From positions 1,309,544-1,373,543 of the forward strand of contig NW_003314269.1 in NCBI RefSeq assembly GCF_000143415.4: DNA of 64,000 nucleotides, in the 5' to 3' direction. This DNA comes from Selaginella moellendorffii (lineage: Eukaryota > Plantae > Lycopodiophyta). This document shows, piece after piece, positions 63,921 to 64,000 of the stretch (positions within the stretch are counted from its first letter, which is position 1; every line of letters begins with the position of its first letter). The notes below the pieces were generated by a model. The model worked only from the letters and a program-made list of their open reading frames with translations, did not search any database and was not told the origin of the DNA. A program made the position numbers and the translations under genes.

Positions 63921-64000
63921 TTATGTAATTTTGAAAATTGCTATGAAAATGCCAAATTGGTAATGCAAAAGGATTGTAACTTAGTTTTATATTTTATATA

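Overview
Land-plant genomic window, probably a non-seed plant: it has TTTAGGG repeats, introns of about 50 nt (Selaginella-like, inferred) and four assembly gaps. Positions 1-48.5 kb are mostly nested LTR retroelements. These include a complete but mutated 4,973-bp Ty3/gypsy element, a young non-coding LARD-type element plus two eroded copies, Ty1/copia remnants and SWIM-finger relics. This part also holds a Crinkler-type pseudogene (header domain + AAA+ NTPase + PD-(D/E)xK nuclease). The most interesting part is about 48.9-63.36 kb, a CpG-rich DNA-transposon-like unit of about 14.4 kb. It carries an intact 1022-aa DUF7869/Sola1-like DDD transposase with extra SH3-like modules. Divergent from it is a ten-exon cargo gene fusing a ParB/Srx-like domain, a degenerate amino-methyltransferase-like domain and an FCP1/NIF HAD domain. 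About 30 copies of one 22-bp palindrome (ATGGCRTG-N6-CAYGCCAT) are scattered through its spacers, introns and exons, and I saw no full copy elsewhere in the window. The unit appears to have inserted into a secreted lectin-domain gene. All domain calls come from motif recognition by eye and need HMM or structure searches.
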